Below are positions 13,033-28,400 of a stretch of 64,000 nucleotides of DNA, piece by piece. A program made the position numbers and the translations under genes. The stretch lies in the NCBI GenBank assembly GCA_040954595.2, contig CM082576.2:14883129-14947128 (forward strand), written 5' to 3'. The DNA is from Balanoglossus misakiensis (lineage: Eukaryota > Animalia > Hemichordata). Below the pieces are notes generated by a model. The model did no database searches, had not been told where the DNA came from, and worked only from the letters and a program-made list of their open reading frames with translations. Each line of letters opens with the position of its first letter. Within the stretch, counting starts at the first letter, position 1.

Positions 13033-16000
13033 AATTAACATTGGCTCAAGAATTCTACAGATGAATACATATAGTCACCTGTTCCGCGAAACACTTGTCT
13101 GTCCACCTTCCCATTTAGGCGTATTGAGGATAAAAGGATACTTTTTTGTAGCTGTCATCAGATATGACCATGGATACCAAAAGGGTAAACCGTCTCAATT
13201 CACCTTGGTGGTTTTGTTTCCCATCTCCGTCATCATCTCCATCATTTCATTAAAGATTAAATTGATCACATCCAAAGTGCTCCCTCCAACGTATTGAAAG
13301 TAATCTGCGCCCCAAATCAAATCCCATTTGTGTAAAAGTCTAAGTGGCTTTCTATCATCCTCATTTACAGTGGCCGTGAAATATTGGCAATAACATCACA
13401 GACAGAATCTTTGTGAAGCTGATTTTTTGTATCTTTTATTGGACATCCGACTACAAGTGTAATTTATGTATCAATTCAAGTTTGTCAGCAGTATCAAACA
13501 TCACATGGTTCCTGCTTCTTTGTATTGATGATACATTTCACACACATATCATTGCATTTCATCACATAGTGCTTAAAGTCTCTGTCTGATTTCAAAAGAA
13601 CATAATGGATTTTCATCCCGATGTTGTGTTTAATCTACTAAAATGTACTCTCACTTTAATTAATCCTTCTGTGACCACTCAGTCCATGAGAAAAAGCAAC
13701 CATTCAAAAGCAGTAATAAAGATAAGAAAGCTGACGTTTTAATGATGTGATGCTGCCATTGTTCTGAGCAAATTATTTAATTTAATCTCTCAGTCATTGT
13801 TCATTTCACATATAAGTCCTGCTGATGAATTCAGGGGAAGTTGGCTTTGGGCTCTACATATATATGCAGTCATCTGGCAGTGTTTACTTGCATACTAGAC
13901 ATGTCGTTTGATCTGCAATACAATCCAACATGGTTGACTACAGCTATTCCTGTTCATATTTCATGTTTAAATATATTACTAAAAAAAAGTGCCTTAATAA
14001 ATTTCTTTCAAAGCTGGTACTGGGAATGCCATATATGCCAGTTCTTTAGCCTAAGGATTATTTCTGGTTTTTATGAGATGAAAATATGTTAGAGTTTCAG
14101 AATTACAACATTGAACAATAGAAACCAGAAGAATTTGTGCTTTTCTTCTGGGAAATAGTGCAATGGAAGTATTTATACCATAGCACATGCATAAAGTACA
14201 TCCAAGATATGTGTAATTAATCTGAAGTTTGTATGTTTAACCCATTAAGAGAATAAACACACCAGGAATTTTTATTCAAAATTGAACAGCGAGTCATCCA
14301 TTAGTTTTCATATCATTTGCCCATTTCATAATGTTTGAACACCTGGTATACATTTAACTTTACTCTCAGGAAATAACACTGAAATTGTGTTGGGGAAAGT
14401 GGATGTGGAAGTTTAGAATTACATTTATTGAATAAGAATGCAAAGACTATTCATTTTCTGTGTAAAATCTCAAGAAGTCTCTGATCAATTGTTACTAAGA
14501 CACCTGATTTTTAAAAATATTTATTTCTGCAGTTTGGTGATGGGGCAGTGTTTTTTTTTGTAAACAGTTTTTCATTTTATTGTGAAGGGAATGATGTCGT
14601 TTTCCCATGACATGATATCGTGCATGGCCTTTAATTATTCAACCTCACATGTTTCTTGTCTTTATTTTTAGCTCCTATGTCCACAGATGGACCTTATCAG
14701 ATCGGCTTATTTTCCGTCATCCATCCATCTAACCATCAACAATTGCCGACTTTCTCAGAAACCACTGATATGAAGTTCTCTAGGGCCAATCTACATGTAT
14801 GTAAGTATTAAAGGGTCACAGGTGTGACAAAATCTGTATTTTGCAGCAAAAATCTTCTCTGAAACTGCTTATCAGTTGCTTTTACTTTTCATGTACAGAT
14901 TCACCAGGTGATCTATCAGATTTATGCAACTTTAATATGATTTTTTTTTTTTTTTTTTTTTTTGGGGGGGGGGGTCAATTTTATGCTGTTTTGATCATTA
15001 AATTATTTTCTCTGAAATTGCCTGTCCTAGTGCTTGGAAATTTGTTTGTCCCTTGGATGGTGATTGGTCTAAGTAAGATTTGTTCAAATTTTTGGTCAAA
15101 AATCGTTTACTCTGAAACCATATACCAAATTGCTTTTAAAGTTTTACAAGCTGATTTCATTTGTAGTGGTGACCTGTGTAAGATTTATTCAAACTGTGGT
15201 AAAATTTGCATATGTTGTCAAGATTTTCCAGTCTGGTGCCTATCAAAAGGTAAACTGGTGGAGGTTTAACTGAAGGTGTTTTTTTTTTCTTATGACATGA
15301 GTGAGGTGGTAGTTCACAGTAAAAATGTGCAGGGGAAGGCCCCACTCATCCTGAAGGATTTCGGTAATAATCAATTATTAATGAAATCTGTCATTACCTG
15401 GACTTTAAAAACAACATGCAATCAACATATGCAATCCACCAATTAAAAGTTCATTAAAGTGTGTGGAGTGAATAGGTAAACCGGTAGACAGCTTAATGTG
15501 TCGTGGTACTTTCTAATAAAACAATTACCATTCAGAAATCATTAAGTTGTCTGGTGGATGATTGACTCTGATCTTGTGGGTCTTGGTAATCATCATTTAC
15601 CATTTGAACCAATTGGTGTGTGTCTGGAGAGGCCTCAATATTCAGGTGGGTTTTTAAAAAAAAAATTGCTGTGAGGGAATTCTGGGGAGCACCATGTTTT
15701 CAAATTTGCTGAATGGGATCAGCCTGTTTTTGACAAGGAGTACCACTATGGAAATTGACTGACCATGCCCCCCCCCCTCCCCACCCAAAAAGAAAAATGA
15801 CCAGTCCCTAATATCATCTGGGACCTATACACAGTAAACTGAAGTATTCAGGACATTATTGAAAATAATAATCAATTGTTTTTATACTCAAAAACAGTTG
15901 GTAAGCCAAAAGAAGTTATATTTGCCAATCACACGTTACAGGATTTTGCTAAAATTAAAGTAAAAAAAACTCTGAATTTGTAGGGCTTTAAAAACCTGTA

Positions 16001-19000
16001 ACTTTTGTTATCATCAGCTCTGCTTATGTATCTGCCACTTTGGTCAAAAACGACAAAAACCTGAAATGTATTTCTGTGCATTTTGCAAGTGTGTTTATTA
16101 AAATCCACAAAACTGTTACAGTGAGTTATGTTTCAACTTTTCCACATTGAGTAAATAAATAAACAATATATATAATAAATATTTATGTGAAAACCACATT
16201 GCAAGGCACTTGACAAGGCAAAATGACCAACAGACTGTATCAGACATATTACCACTACATCAAAGTTTAGTCTGGGTACACACAGTCACGCCACTCTGTG
16301 TGGAATGACTGTTGGGGTACATAATAATAGCTGTCCTTGGTGATGTAAGGAAAAGTTTGGTAATGATCATTTCATATAATGAGTACTAAACACTGTAAGA
16401 TTAAGTGCAGGAAATTATGACATAAACCATAAAGCAACTTCACTGTGTCAACACAGTCAACACAGAAAGAGTACAGTTTCAATTACACAACAAAGGTTTT
16501 GACTTAATCATGATTTAAGATGTACTATAATACTGTTCACATCAGATTGAAGAATGATTTTCATCTGTATTGTATTGTAATGTAATGTATTGATTGCAGG
16601 CAACATGGATACAAAATGTACCAATAATTGGTAATTGGCTTTATGTATATGACTTGGCACAAACAGACCTCCAGTGTGAGATCAATATGAGACTCCATTG
16701 AAAACAACGATCATTTTTGTTTATCAAAATTCTATTAGTTTCACTGATGTCAAATGCCTATGTACATGTACATTGTACATGCCTTTAGTCGTAAGTTTTT
16801 CCCTTAAAACACAAACATGCAAATATCAAAACCAAATTATTCTGTAAAAATGCTAAAAGACCCTTGCCATACCCCTGGTCATACATTTGTAGTTATTACA
16901 AACTCTGCCAAGTCTTTGGCCAATATCAGTCCTATATAACACTAACAGTTCAAACCCAACCAAATCTGTGCTCAACTTGATTAAAATCTTATATAGAAAA
17001 GTGTTGGTCCTTTCACTTAGATATTCCATTTATCTCACAAACTGTACCATCACTCTGACAAGGCACTGCCAAAAACTGGTGGTTCATGGCTTCAATCAAA
17101 GGCTAGACTTCATGTTTCAACTTTGTGGACCTAGCAGATATAGGACAGTAAATTTAAAAAATCTAATCATCTCAGCAGATTAATAATTTTTTTCCATTTA
17201 GCCAATACAAGATTCAATACTATGATGTACGTTACAAAAATAGAAATATGACTTTTTCAATCATGTTGGTGTTTTTATTTGAAATTTTCGAGCAATGTTC
17301 CAGAATCTGTGCTTTAACAAAGCCCATGCAAAACTTTTTTTCTCACCTGTTTCAGTTATTAAAACTAGAAAATAATTATTTTTGGTTGGCAACCCGAAAG
17401 TAGGTCAAAGAAGTAATATGTGCATGGTGCTCGTTCTTTCACAAATGTAGAAGCATGCAGTTTATATGACAGCTATTGAAAGATGTGCTGTAGAAATTCA
17501 GTTCGTGAACATTAAAATTGATTATGCTGGAAAGTGGAGCTGCATACACATGATGTTGTATCTGAAGTGCCCAAAGTAATCGTAGTGTGACTAAAAAGGG
17601 ATGACAGTCAGTGCATTGACTTTACGCAAAAAAACCTCACTACTCTACCACAGTACTCTAAAAGTACACACGTCAAGTTGTTAGCTTGCGACAATTGAAT
17701 GTGGAAGTGAACTTAATTTTTCACAGTGTGAGAGCAGTTGAAATGTGGCAAGCACAGCTGTTCCATGTCAATGTACTTTTCGTTCAAAGACACCATTGAA
17801 CCTGTTTGAAAGTAGAACTCGCAGTATTCACACTGAAAACTGGCGAGATGTGTTTGCGATTTCATCTCATCAGGAAAATACACTTTCTGGTAAAAGATGG
17901 AATAAAAACTTACATTGACATGAATGAAGATGGTGTGCGTGTCTGATGCCTTTTTTTTCTGTGAAAAAAGTCAAACTTATTCTGTGTATCCCGATTTCAT
18001 GATAGTACATGTAGTTTGTGCTAAATTGTACATTCAACGAAAAATAAGGTAGCCTCAGTTTTCTCGAAAAACAATTGCAGTAAAATCAATGTTTCCATCA
18101 GTGTGTAAGATTCTTCAATTTTCAGTCTTTCATCATTTTTTGCAGGAAATGTGCTGGTTTTGAAAGTTGAGCAAGCTATGGGCTGCAGTGAAGTCATTTT
18201 TCTGTCAGTGTATGACCACTGGCTATACTGTACGTTGACTGCCACGCACTGGATGGATAGCTGTAAAATTATGCTTGACAGTTAATCTTTTTTTTTTTGC
18301 AGGTGCAACCACAGATCCCTGCTGTGGGATTTTCAGTGCAACCTTCCGAAACTGATCAACACAAACACGAAGCCCTCTCTCATGAAAGGGGATTGTTTTG
18401 AAGGTTTGTACTTGTACATTTATGTTTCAAGTGTCCATGGCGACTTGGCAAACATTTGGAAATGCCCACCTTACAATTGGATTCATATAATGCACACAAC
18501 AGGTGGTTATACGCAGAAATGATCTCAGAGCACATCTAGAGGCTACAAGGAATGATTCTAATGTTTGTCAATTTTGGGGTTTGCATGGGTTCTTTAATTA
18601 GAACACTTCAAATTTAGTTTTATTATGAATTTTACTGTGTTGGTAAATCAATGTAAACAGTGCATCCACATTTTAACTGAAATTATCAATGTTCTTTGAC
18701 ACTTGACACATAGTTATCCATTATGAAGTATTATTGTAACTGATACACAATACAGATCTCATATGTATATTAATTTTCACAGGAAGTTCAAAAACAAAAC
18801 ATTAATCTTCATTTTTTTCATAAAAATTTAGTCTAAAAAACATTCAAAGTACAGTTAAATCTCAGATTCAGGCTTGCTGTTCTTGAAGTCAAAATGCTCC
18901 AAATTGTCACCTGTTTCCGGTAATCGAAATTATCATAACTTTTTGCCGTGCCACGTATTGCATTTGTCAGTGTGAAAAAGTTATCTCACATACTTTATAC

Positions 19001-19134
19001 AAAATCTACCATCAGTCAAGCATGAAAACTTGACCTGCAAGACAACGTGGCAGTAAATTCCTAATAAATCTATGGTGGGCAAAAATACATTATTCTTGTG
19101 GGTCAAATCTGTAAATGATTGGCCAAGTTGTTAG

Positions 19135-19311
19135 GTGACCACCTCTGTATAGTACCTCTATATATAGTCACCTCTATTTGGTGGTCATTATGTTTAACAG
19201 TCCCTGTGTACATTTACATGTGCATTAATTGACCTGTCTATAAAGGCCACCTGTCTATAAAGGCCAGTTTAGGAAAGTCCCTTGACTGGCCACTATACAC
19301 AGGTTTGACTG
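19135..19311. mobile_element. Partial Tc1/pogo-type MITE
   Basis: Right end CAGGTTTGACTG|TA, tandem ACCTGTCTATAAAGGCC repeats; left TIR decayed. Confidence 0.6.
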
Positions 19312-22113
19312 TACTGCTCACAAGAGACTCTGAATATCACCATTGTATATTTGTGAGTTACAAACTGTCAAATGTCACCTTATGGCTAGAAAATGATGTG
19401 TCGATTGTGGTATCAATAACACTGACCACCATGCCAAAGTCCTATCTGTCGTATCATAGAAAATCTAACCATACCATAAAAAATCCATGAGTTTTCGTTT
19501 CTACCTGTTAGACAACAAACAAAACCACTTTTCAAATACAACATTCTTTGTTTTTTGTACATTCAAGTCTTCAGAAAAAGTTACATAATGCATTAAAAAC
19601 TAAAAACATTAAGAACTATCTTTCTTTGGCTGACCTGCAGCATTTGACAAAAGCTGTTTCTGTTGAAATTTTTGTTACCCTACTTTTACATCAAACAGGG
19701 CCACACCAGCTGTGTTGATGGTGTACATGTAATGTGTAACCTATTATGTCTCACCATCATGGGCATTGCAGGGATGTCCCCATTTCTGGCACAACTGCAG
19801 TCTAGCATAAATGCATACGAGATCACATCGGACAACTGCAGAGTTGGTACTCGGTTTAACAAAAAAAAATATGCCAAAAACACTGCTAATACTAGATTGT
19901 GCCTCTCTTTTGAATGGTTCCATACAATTTAATGGTTTCTGGTTATTGCCAAATTGGAAAAAAAAAGAAAACTGCTCACATTACAAAAGGTAGCATCCTT
20001 TACGGCATGCATTGATAATGTAACAAAAACTAATGAATTTATCAATAAACATGTAGTGCAAGCACTGTGCTAATATTGTCAACTACTTGACAATAGGCAA
20101 GTAAATGTCAAATTGTACCATAATTCTTTGTCATGTGAGAAGTGGCAGAAAACTAATTAAGGTAAATGGGTGACAGAAAAAATGTATTATTATCAAGAAA
20201 GATACTAAAATTTCATTTAAATACCAACTTATTCACGTAGCAGAAAATAAGGGCTACAAGTGAAGGATAGAGATATTAATGGTACAGCGTGCATTTTCAA
20301 AAAATCTATATAATATCCATCATAAAGTGTTAAAAACTTCCATAAATATGTTAAAATTTCTATGAAACAGATCATAAGAAATTGAAATTTGAGTCAACAA
20401 GTTCTATTTCTGGCTTTGCATTACTAAAATGACCAGCTGACCTCACAAATCTGTGTTGACTTTGCTGGCAATCATAAAAATGAGATGACAAAACATCACT
20501 GCACTCTATCGTCTATTTCATCATTCAACATGTAAGTAAATATACACAATAACAAATTACCAATCATTGTATATAAATTCAATGTCAATTTTGAATATTC
20601 AAGCATAATAATTCATTCATGTAAGTTCATGAGATTTATTTTAAAACATCTAGATTAATCTACTTATAAATTTTGTTATAATCAATATTTTTAATCTTTA
20701 AATATATCAGCAAGATATGTTTGAGACCCAAAACATTCTGCTTGTTCTTGAACTTTTTGTGTAAAATATTGCAGATTATACAATTAACCCCTTTCCAAAT
20801 TTCACCTTCTGTTTTGATTCACACTTTTTTGTCTTTGAAGCATATACACCTTCAGATAGTAACTCCAAATATCTTGTTCCTCCTACTTGATTTTAGTGTA
20901 CATCTTGCATTGTCGGTTACCATTTGACCTCTTGACCTTTAATACTCACAGATAATCAATTTTCAAAATGGCGTCGAAAGAGGCTCGACCACATGATATG
21001 CATAATTTGAGCACCACTGCAGTATCCAATGTCAGAGATGAACACTTTTAGCCAAGATTTACAAAAATAGAAAGAAGTAATTAAAATATTACTTCAGAAA
21101 GTCATACCTTGTTGTAATACCCCCCCCCCCTTTCACTTTCATCAGAGAACTATAGATACACCATACAGTACATGTACATGCAACGTTATTTCCAACAAAC
21201 TGCCCTGAACTAGGAACTGAAGGATAACCTAAAAATATTCCTCCCAGTTTATTTACAGGTGGTACTGAGAACTTTTCATTTTCCACAGTGGTATTCTGCT
21301 TGAAATCACAGATACCGCAGACTACAATTGCATTCAGTTTGACACATGTAGAAGAACTCTCCTCAGTACCGTCCATAATGCAGCAAAACAACACAACAAA
21401 AATATCCAAAGTAATATCACGTGTTAACTTCGTACCTGTCATGTTACAACACAAACTGTGTGACAAAAGTAAGATTCAGTGGTAGTAGAACTATTAGTCG
21501 ATGGTGATGATGAAAATGGCACAAAATTCTGCTGTTGCTCAATCTTTTACTATTGTCTGACATCTTATTGCATCCAATTTTCTGTTTCAAGGTATAAACT
21601 ACCCAGTTTTCAGTGCTTAACTACAATTGGTTTCTTACTAAAACCATCCTGGCACAGCTACAGTTTTTAAGAATGATTTACTGTTTCTAAGACCCTCTGA
21701 TCTAGGGAATGGGATGAAATATTTAATACCGGTAATAAACCATAAAACTTAATATGCAATGTACTGTTAGGAACTTACATTGAGTGGCGAATAATTGCAG
21801 TGTACGACAAACAAATTGTGCAAAATTTTGGGGTTTGTTCATAAAATCTGAAGAATAAGTAACATATATTGTTTATTGCAAGTAAATATTTTACAGGCAA
21901 ATTATGTAGAACAGCTAGAATATTCAGTAAATGTCTCTATCAGGTTGGCTGAATTAAGGCAAATAGAAAAACAAATGATATAATTCACATTTTAGTTTTA
22001 TTCTGATATCACTATCAACTGACATACCACCTTGAGTCATTGTACCTTCGAGGAAAACTGTCAGATGGCTGTCTTTTGAGTTTGTAAATGATCTGACTGA
22101 CAAAATTTTCAGT

Positions 22114-22497
22114 TTACATTGGTAGTACTTCAATCCTGTCAATATCACCTGGTATTGAACTGCCAGACATTCTGCACGTCAGTTTGCGATGGCTGACTTC
22201 TTGAACGCCGTTGATTACTGTATCCACGGCAACGGACGTCTGTTGCTCTTCGTCTTTTGTATAGATGTGTTGCTGGACGCTGCACTCCACTTTGGTCAGC
22301 ATTTCCTCGTGGAAGTTCGTCTGCTCTCCGCTGTCTTGCGAATTGTCTTCCGTTTCTCCCCCACCTGTTTCGGAAACCTTGCGTTTCGGATCGACCTTGG
22401 TTTGCCCGGCCACTTCCTCCTCCTCCTCCTCCTTCTCTGCTTCTTTGTTCAGATTTGCGCATCGCTTCTCGAACTCGTCTTCAACATCCTTCGTTGC
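22114..22497 (-). CDS. PLC-beta last coding exon ([12 protein letters not shown]...[11 protein letters not shown])
   Basis: ctgcag acceptor, 384 nt open frame ending TAA; contains the ORF-track entry 22114..22413. Confidence 0.88.
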   Translation of the reverse strand, partial: ATKDVEDEFEKRCANLNKEAEKEEEEEEVAGQTKVDPKRKVSETGGGETEDNSQDSGEQTNFHEEMLTKVECSVQQHIYTKDEEQQTSVAVDTVINGVQEVSHRKLTCRMSGSSIPGDIDRIEVLPM

Positions 22498-25400
22498 CTG
22501 CAGAAGACACGATCAATTTCATTAAGTTTAAGATTTGCAATTGTTTTGTCGTTGTGGGCTTTCTTAAAGTGTGTATGCATGTGTTATGTACGCATGATAA
22601 AATACTGTAAAACACTTTATTTTCGCGAGCAATAAATTTTCGCGAAATACGCGAGAGCCTAAATAGCGTGAAAATAAAAAGTCGCGTAATTGTTTTTGAA
22701 GATAACGATGCAGTGAATGAAATAAGAGAAGGCGAAAATTAATACTCGCGAAATAGTGGCCTCTCTCGATATCGCGAAAATTTCAACTCGCGAAAATAAA
22801 GTGTTTTACAGTACTTGATAATTTTTTGACAAGACGACTGATGCACATTATTTGGAAAGGAACATTGTGTTTTCTTTACCTGGATTTCTTCCTCCTTCAA
22901 TTTTTCTTGCAGTTTTATCATCTTGTTCTCAAGTTGCTTCCTTTTCCGTTCTTGAAATTCACTCAACTGAAAATAACAACATGTGCCATGATCATAGCAT
23001 ATTTCTAGCATCACAGCAAACTTCTATTTTATACATGTACATAAACATTGACCAAACGTGTTCTTGTCCATATTTTGCAAAATTGGGTTCAGATGTAATA
23101 TGTCATTTTGAAATACTGATTTTGGTATTAAAAGTTGGGATATATTAATCATTGCACATTTGAATTTGAGAGTCACAAAATGCAAATAGGAATCCTAGGG
23201 GAGATGGCTTTTATACATATGGATATTTTACATCATAATGATTAAAAAAATAAGACAGCAAACCAGCCAATTACCCAGTTTGTCGCCGATATTGAAAATT
23301 TGACTGGTAATTACCAAGGAACTTGTTAATTTCAAGAGGAAACGTAGACAGCAGATCTGTCAGGACTCACTTGATAGCTGGCAACATGTAATTTGTGATA
23401 TATAATAAAATAGCTCTTGTGATAAATTAGCTGTCTACTTCAAACAAACAGGTGCCTTAGTAATTAAAAATCGATGTCTCCAAATGTCAAATATTTTTTT
23501 ATGAGTTTGCATTAAGTATGTGCATATAACAACCAAATTTTATTTTATGTCTCATCATCAGACACAGTTATCTTTATACATACATTAGAAAGTTATTATG
23601 AAAAATAACAACAGAACACAAGACATGGTATTTTATGAATATGAATGTAGCATATCCATTCTAAGTATTTTTGTCAAATCACTATAGTTACACATGTTTT
23701 ACAATAGCTGGTCTTATCACCATTGGAAAGTTTAAAAAAAAGATATTTCAAAGTATGGATGGAACTCACTGTTTTCCTAGCAGTGACAGCTTGCGTAATG
23801 TGCTTCTGTTGAAATTCTCTCCTTAACCTGATAAAAAAAAATGTACAGAGTTAGGGTAAACGACAATTCTGCTAAAAATATTCTGAATAACATACATGCA
23901 GCTGATAATGGATTGGATGGTCCAAAAATAGTATGCACGATGGGTAGTGTTGCTAAAATTATTCAGTAAAATGTTGAAAGGTGGAAATATAAGATATTTT
24001 TAGCATCTTATCTACAATGGAATGAAACATAGTTTTCTCATAACAAGTATGATCAGAATTTGGGTAGTTAGCTGATACAGTGATATACTTTACAAGTTTC
24101 ACACTACGAAGTTATATGTTCAAATATGTGAATAAATAAAAAGACAATTAAATAAATACTTTGAGCCACTTAGTATTTATTACGTACCTTTGTAATTCCT
24201 GTTTGTTTTTTATTCTCTTATTCAGTGTTCTCATCTCTTCTCTGTTCTGAACATACAACCTCTTCTGAAGTTCTGACTCCTCTCTGCAGGAAAATATAAA
24301 AAAAGCAAATTTACATGACTTTTGGATAACATTTCTGCATATTAATACATCTCACACCAGACAATAAGATGCATCACTCAAGGCACTGTCTGTGGCACGA
24401 GAGTCTCTTAAAAGGGGAGAATGATAGAGCACGCCCTGTGTGATGGATCTTCTAGAATACATACATACTGTATATGCATACATGTACATATAACTGAGAC
24501 CATATTTTGTGGTAGTTCTGGATATTTTTATGGTCAATGAATAAATCTATTTTTCAGACATTGTTTGAACTTTATTTTGCAGGTTCCCAGGAATGTATTA
24601 CATTACATCAGATTTATTTTTTTAGTCAGATGTTCAAATTATGACAAAACTGCCACTATTAATCTATACTGACATCTCGTACTTTTCCCTGGTGGAGTGG
24701 GTTTGTGAGACCATAAATAAATGATGGAGGATGGAGTATAGACGTGGAATATAATTTGTTTGTATGCTAATCAAATGTGAGCATAGTATAGTTATTGATT
24801 CTGTCTTTTTTTCCTTTTCTACTCCATTGATAGATACCAGTAATATTAGCAAAAATTCCAAAATAAGATGCAGCAGAAAAACACAATGAAAGCTGATGAA
24901 AGTTGTCCATCAAATGTTGAAATACAAAGAGTGTACCAAGGTGGGTGTATTTTAATACTGATTATAAACCCAGTTCTTCATCAACTAATATCCAAACATG
25001 TTTACTTGTCATATCCTTCACTCATTAGCACCGCCTGCATATTACTTGTCAAAATTTGACACTTGACTGTAATTGCATTGACAAATATTTCTCAATTTCT
25101 ATATAACATTTTCCTGTGTAGTGTGTAGAATCTCACATCTTGATGTACAAACTTTGCCACTATAAAAAAAATGACAGTGTTCGCTCACATTTTTGAAGAC
25201 TTTGTTTTAATTCAACACCTCAGCTCTTAATTATTGAAGCTTAATTATTTCTCTGATGGAAAGCCTACACAAATATCACAATGTGATCTACAAATTGTAT
25301 AATTCAATGTTGCATAATGATGAGACAGATATGTGATAAATTTGCATATTGTTAGTGTCGTACCATGGAAATAACATTGTTTTCTGTATTAACATTTTCT

Positions 25401-28400
25401 GTCAGCAATCTGATAGTGCAGATAAAGACAAAAAATGGATTCACTATGTGGCTGATCTATCCTGTGTATAAAATGTGCTATAACTTGGCAAAAAATGCAT
25501 GGCCACTGGTGATGTAAGGGCGCCCTCTTTAGGCAAGTGAACTTCTTCCAGGAACAGTGTCAATGTTTGCTACTCTTGTTTGATCGCAAATGAAAGTATT
25601 CAAATGAGAGTAGATGACTCGAAATCACATTTTCAGCATTCAAGGCATATACATGTAGCAGTCAATGAGGTGCTGGAATTTCTGGCTTTTAAGAATAAGG
25701 TGTTAAAATTTAACACTCGTCACTGATATTGAAAATAATTCATATCCATTTGATATCTTTAATTACGCTATTCCAATTTTCTGTCATTTGAAAGATCAGT
25801 GAAATAACATCTTACATAATGTCTTTTGATGAGTCATCTTGAATGACAGTCTGCAGTGCCATGCCCCTAGCAAACCCACACCTTAAACGTCAGACTTCAG
25901 ATTTCTAAATAAATACTTATCAGGCGGAATACATGTAAGTCTGGACAATTGAGTGGAGAGCTTGGCCAACCCTACGCTTGTGTGCAGGAGTGATGTCATT
26001 GAGTTGGAATATATTTTCTGTATGATGGTCTTTCACAGATTCTTTTTTATGAAATAAGCCCAACACTCTCTGTGATTAGTTATGAAATCGATATGTTACC
26101 GGTCATCAGTATGTACAATAATTTTAAAGTTATATATCTCTGACCTAAAACCCTGTTCTGCAAACTTGTTATTGCCCCTTACAAGTACGTAACTAACTAG
26201 TGGAACTATGCTTTCCCGGTGAAATAAAACTTTCATTGCTCACAGCCAGATGGTTTGCTGACTGTTGGCTACTATTTACATCTGCTACTTTATCTTTTAA
26301 TGATGCTTTTATTATATTTCCATACAAAATAAAATTCACCAGGATACAGATTCAAACCTTATCCAATGTCACTTTGGAAAGGCCACACTTTGGAAAAGCT
26401 AACATTACAATTCCATTTGCATATTTATAAAGAATGTCTAGACAGCAATATGGCCCTATATTTTATTGCTGTTTCTCTCAGTTACCCTTTCACCCCCATT
26501 TCCTTCTTTAGAGGTCCAACCTTATCGTAGAAAACAATGGGTTTGGACTGAACCATGGTGTTGGAAGGGTTAAACAATTCAGTATATATAATTATTCTTA
26601 GTTCTCAAATATATCACCAATTTATGGTTATTATAAATCCAGAAAATTGCACCATCTAATGAATGGAGGCAAACAAACTGAACAGTGAAGATTATGAAGC
26701 TTGCAAATTATAATCTCTTCAGTGGAATTTAATATTCTTTTCTAGATTAGAGGAGAAAAATTAAAAAAAAAACTGATGGTACCCTTTTATTTGCATCTGA
26801 GTGTGACTGATAATAATAGTTAACCTTGCAGATGGCAGATCAACTTCTAATAACTGTCGGTATCCATTAATTGATTCATTTTCATATTTCAAATTAATTT
26901 ATGCGCATATCAGAGGACTTAATCTTTAAATGGATGCATTCGACTGTATGAAATTTATTGACTGTGTAATCCTAATCATTAGTCTTTTTATTTCAGTGAT
27001 AAAGGTCTGTGAAATATTTCCGTATTTGAAATTTAATAATCAGCTTGGTTTAATAGTTGGTCTCTGGTCCGAATATTCTATCCTAGACAGGAAGTTAAAA
27101 TAAGTCCTGCAAATAAAATTCACTCAGTGACACGTAAAATTGATTCTGGTGCTGACAATTCTGTCAAATGTTGATTATTGTGAAATTTCCTTTTTAATAA
27201 CACAAATGCCATGTAATCAGACTGACTTGGAAATTGCAGCTTTGGTTGTGAATAGTTCATGGAATACCACTGAAAATGTCCTGGAAATATTATCAAGAAT
27301 AGCAATTACAGTGCTATAAAAAACAAAACAATGAAGCCCTGTAGTGAATATTGTCATAAACCAATCCTGTAGAATCTTGTACGGAAAAAATGGCACCATC
27401 AGAATTTTTCAGTGGTTTCCATGCGGCAGAAACTCACAATGCAAATATTGCAAAGTAATAATTTTCTCAGACTTTATTAGATTCTTACATAAACAAAGTG
27501 TTGTGCAAAGTTTCAGGAAAACAACTATCTCATTCTCTGAGCCATTCTTTGTAAAGGGGCAAAGAATGAGGTGTGATTTCATTAATAATCAATATCTAAT
27601 TTTAGGTGCTGCCGTGTATAAATTTATCAGACACAGGATATATGAATATAGCTCTTTTGTACATTAATGCAATACGTTTCCTGTCCATTTGAAAAGATGA
27701 TATCTCTATGAAAGTGGTTTATACTTTAAAATGCAAAATGATTTAGTATCCTTTTAGAGATTGACTTGAACTGATATTACGGCGACTGCATTTTTTGTTG
27801 ATTATTTATGAGTGACTATGATTTATGTCTGTGAATGCATATGTCACAAGTTTCTGTACACTACTTTTCATATGTTTGACTACATATGAATACAACACAC
27901 TGAGTGGCATTGCATTTCTGTGATTCTGAAACCAAAACTACCATGAATAAATCACACTTTCTGTCACAAAACAAAACAAAACAAAACAATCATACACTTG
28001 GATTACAACGACCAACCACTGCACACCTTTTGTGATACTTGTCTAGTTCTTTCAGCTGGTGGTCATGGGTAGCAGCCATGATGTTCAGAAGAAGTTCGAA
28101 CACGTGTGGGAGATGTCTCTGTTTCAGTTCTTTCTCAGCTCTGTAGTGGTCTCTGTACATGGCCAGTAACGTTTCCGCATTCAGGTCACGAAGTTCATTA
28201 ACCTGCAACCAGAATTGGGATTGAAGATGGGAGTGATGTGTGAACACAATGCCAAAAGGGCAGTTTGACAACATCCCATTTTACTTCTTGCCTAAATTGA
28301 CGTCTTCCTCTTACAAGTACTGAGTAACATGTCACAGCAAAATAAATAGATTTGTTCATCCATGTATTTGTTAGTCTGTCTGTTACACATGTCATACAGA

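Noticed and set aside
12920-13297. 125-aa ORF with poly-Met
   Set aside because: Produced by the (TGA)n microsatellite; no recognisable protein features
16090-21880. Poly(A) site and 3' UTR end of the large PLC-beta gene
   Set aside because: Several minus-strand AATAAA (e.g. 21872, 20635, 16095) in AT-rich DNA; cannot choose one from sequence alone
22189-22635. Plus-strand ORFs of 148, 117 and 86 aa
   Set aside because: Antisense shadows of the last PLC-beta exon, the longer ones running into a MITE
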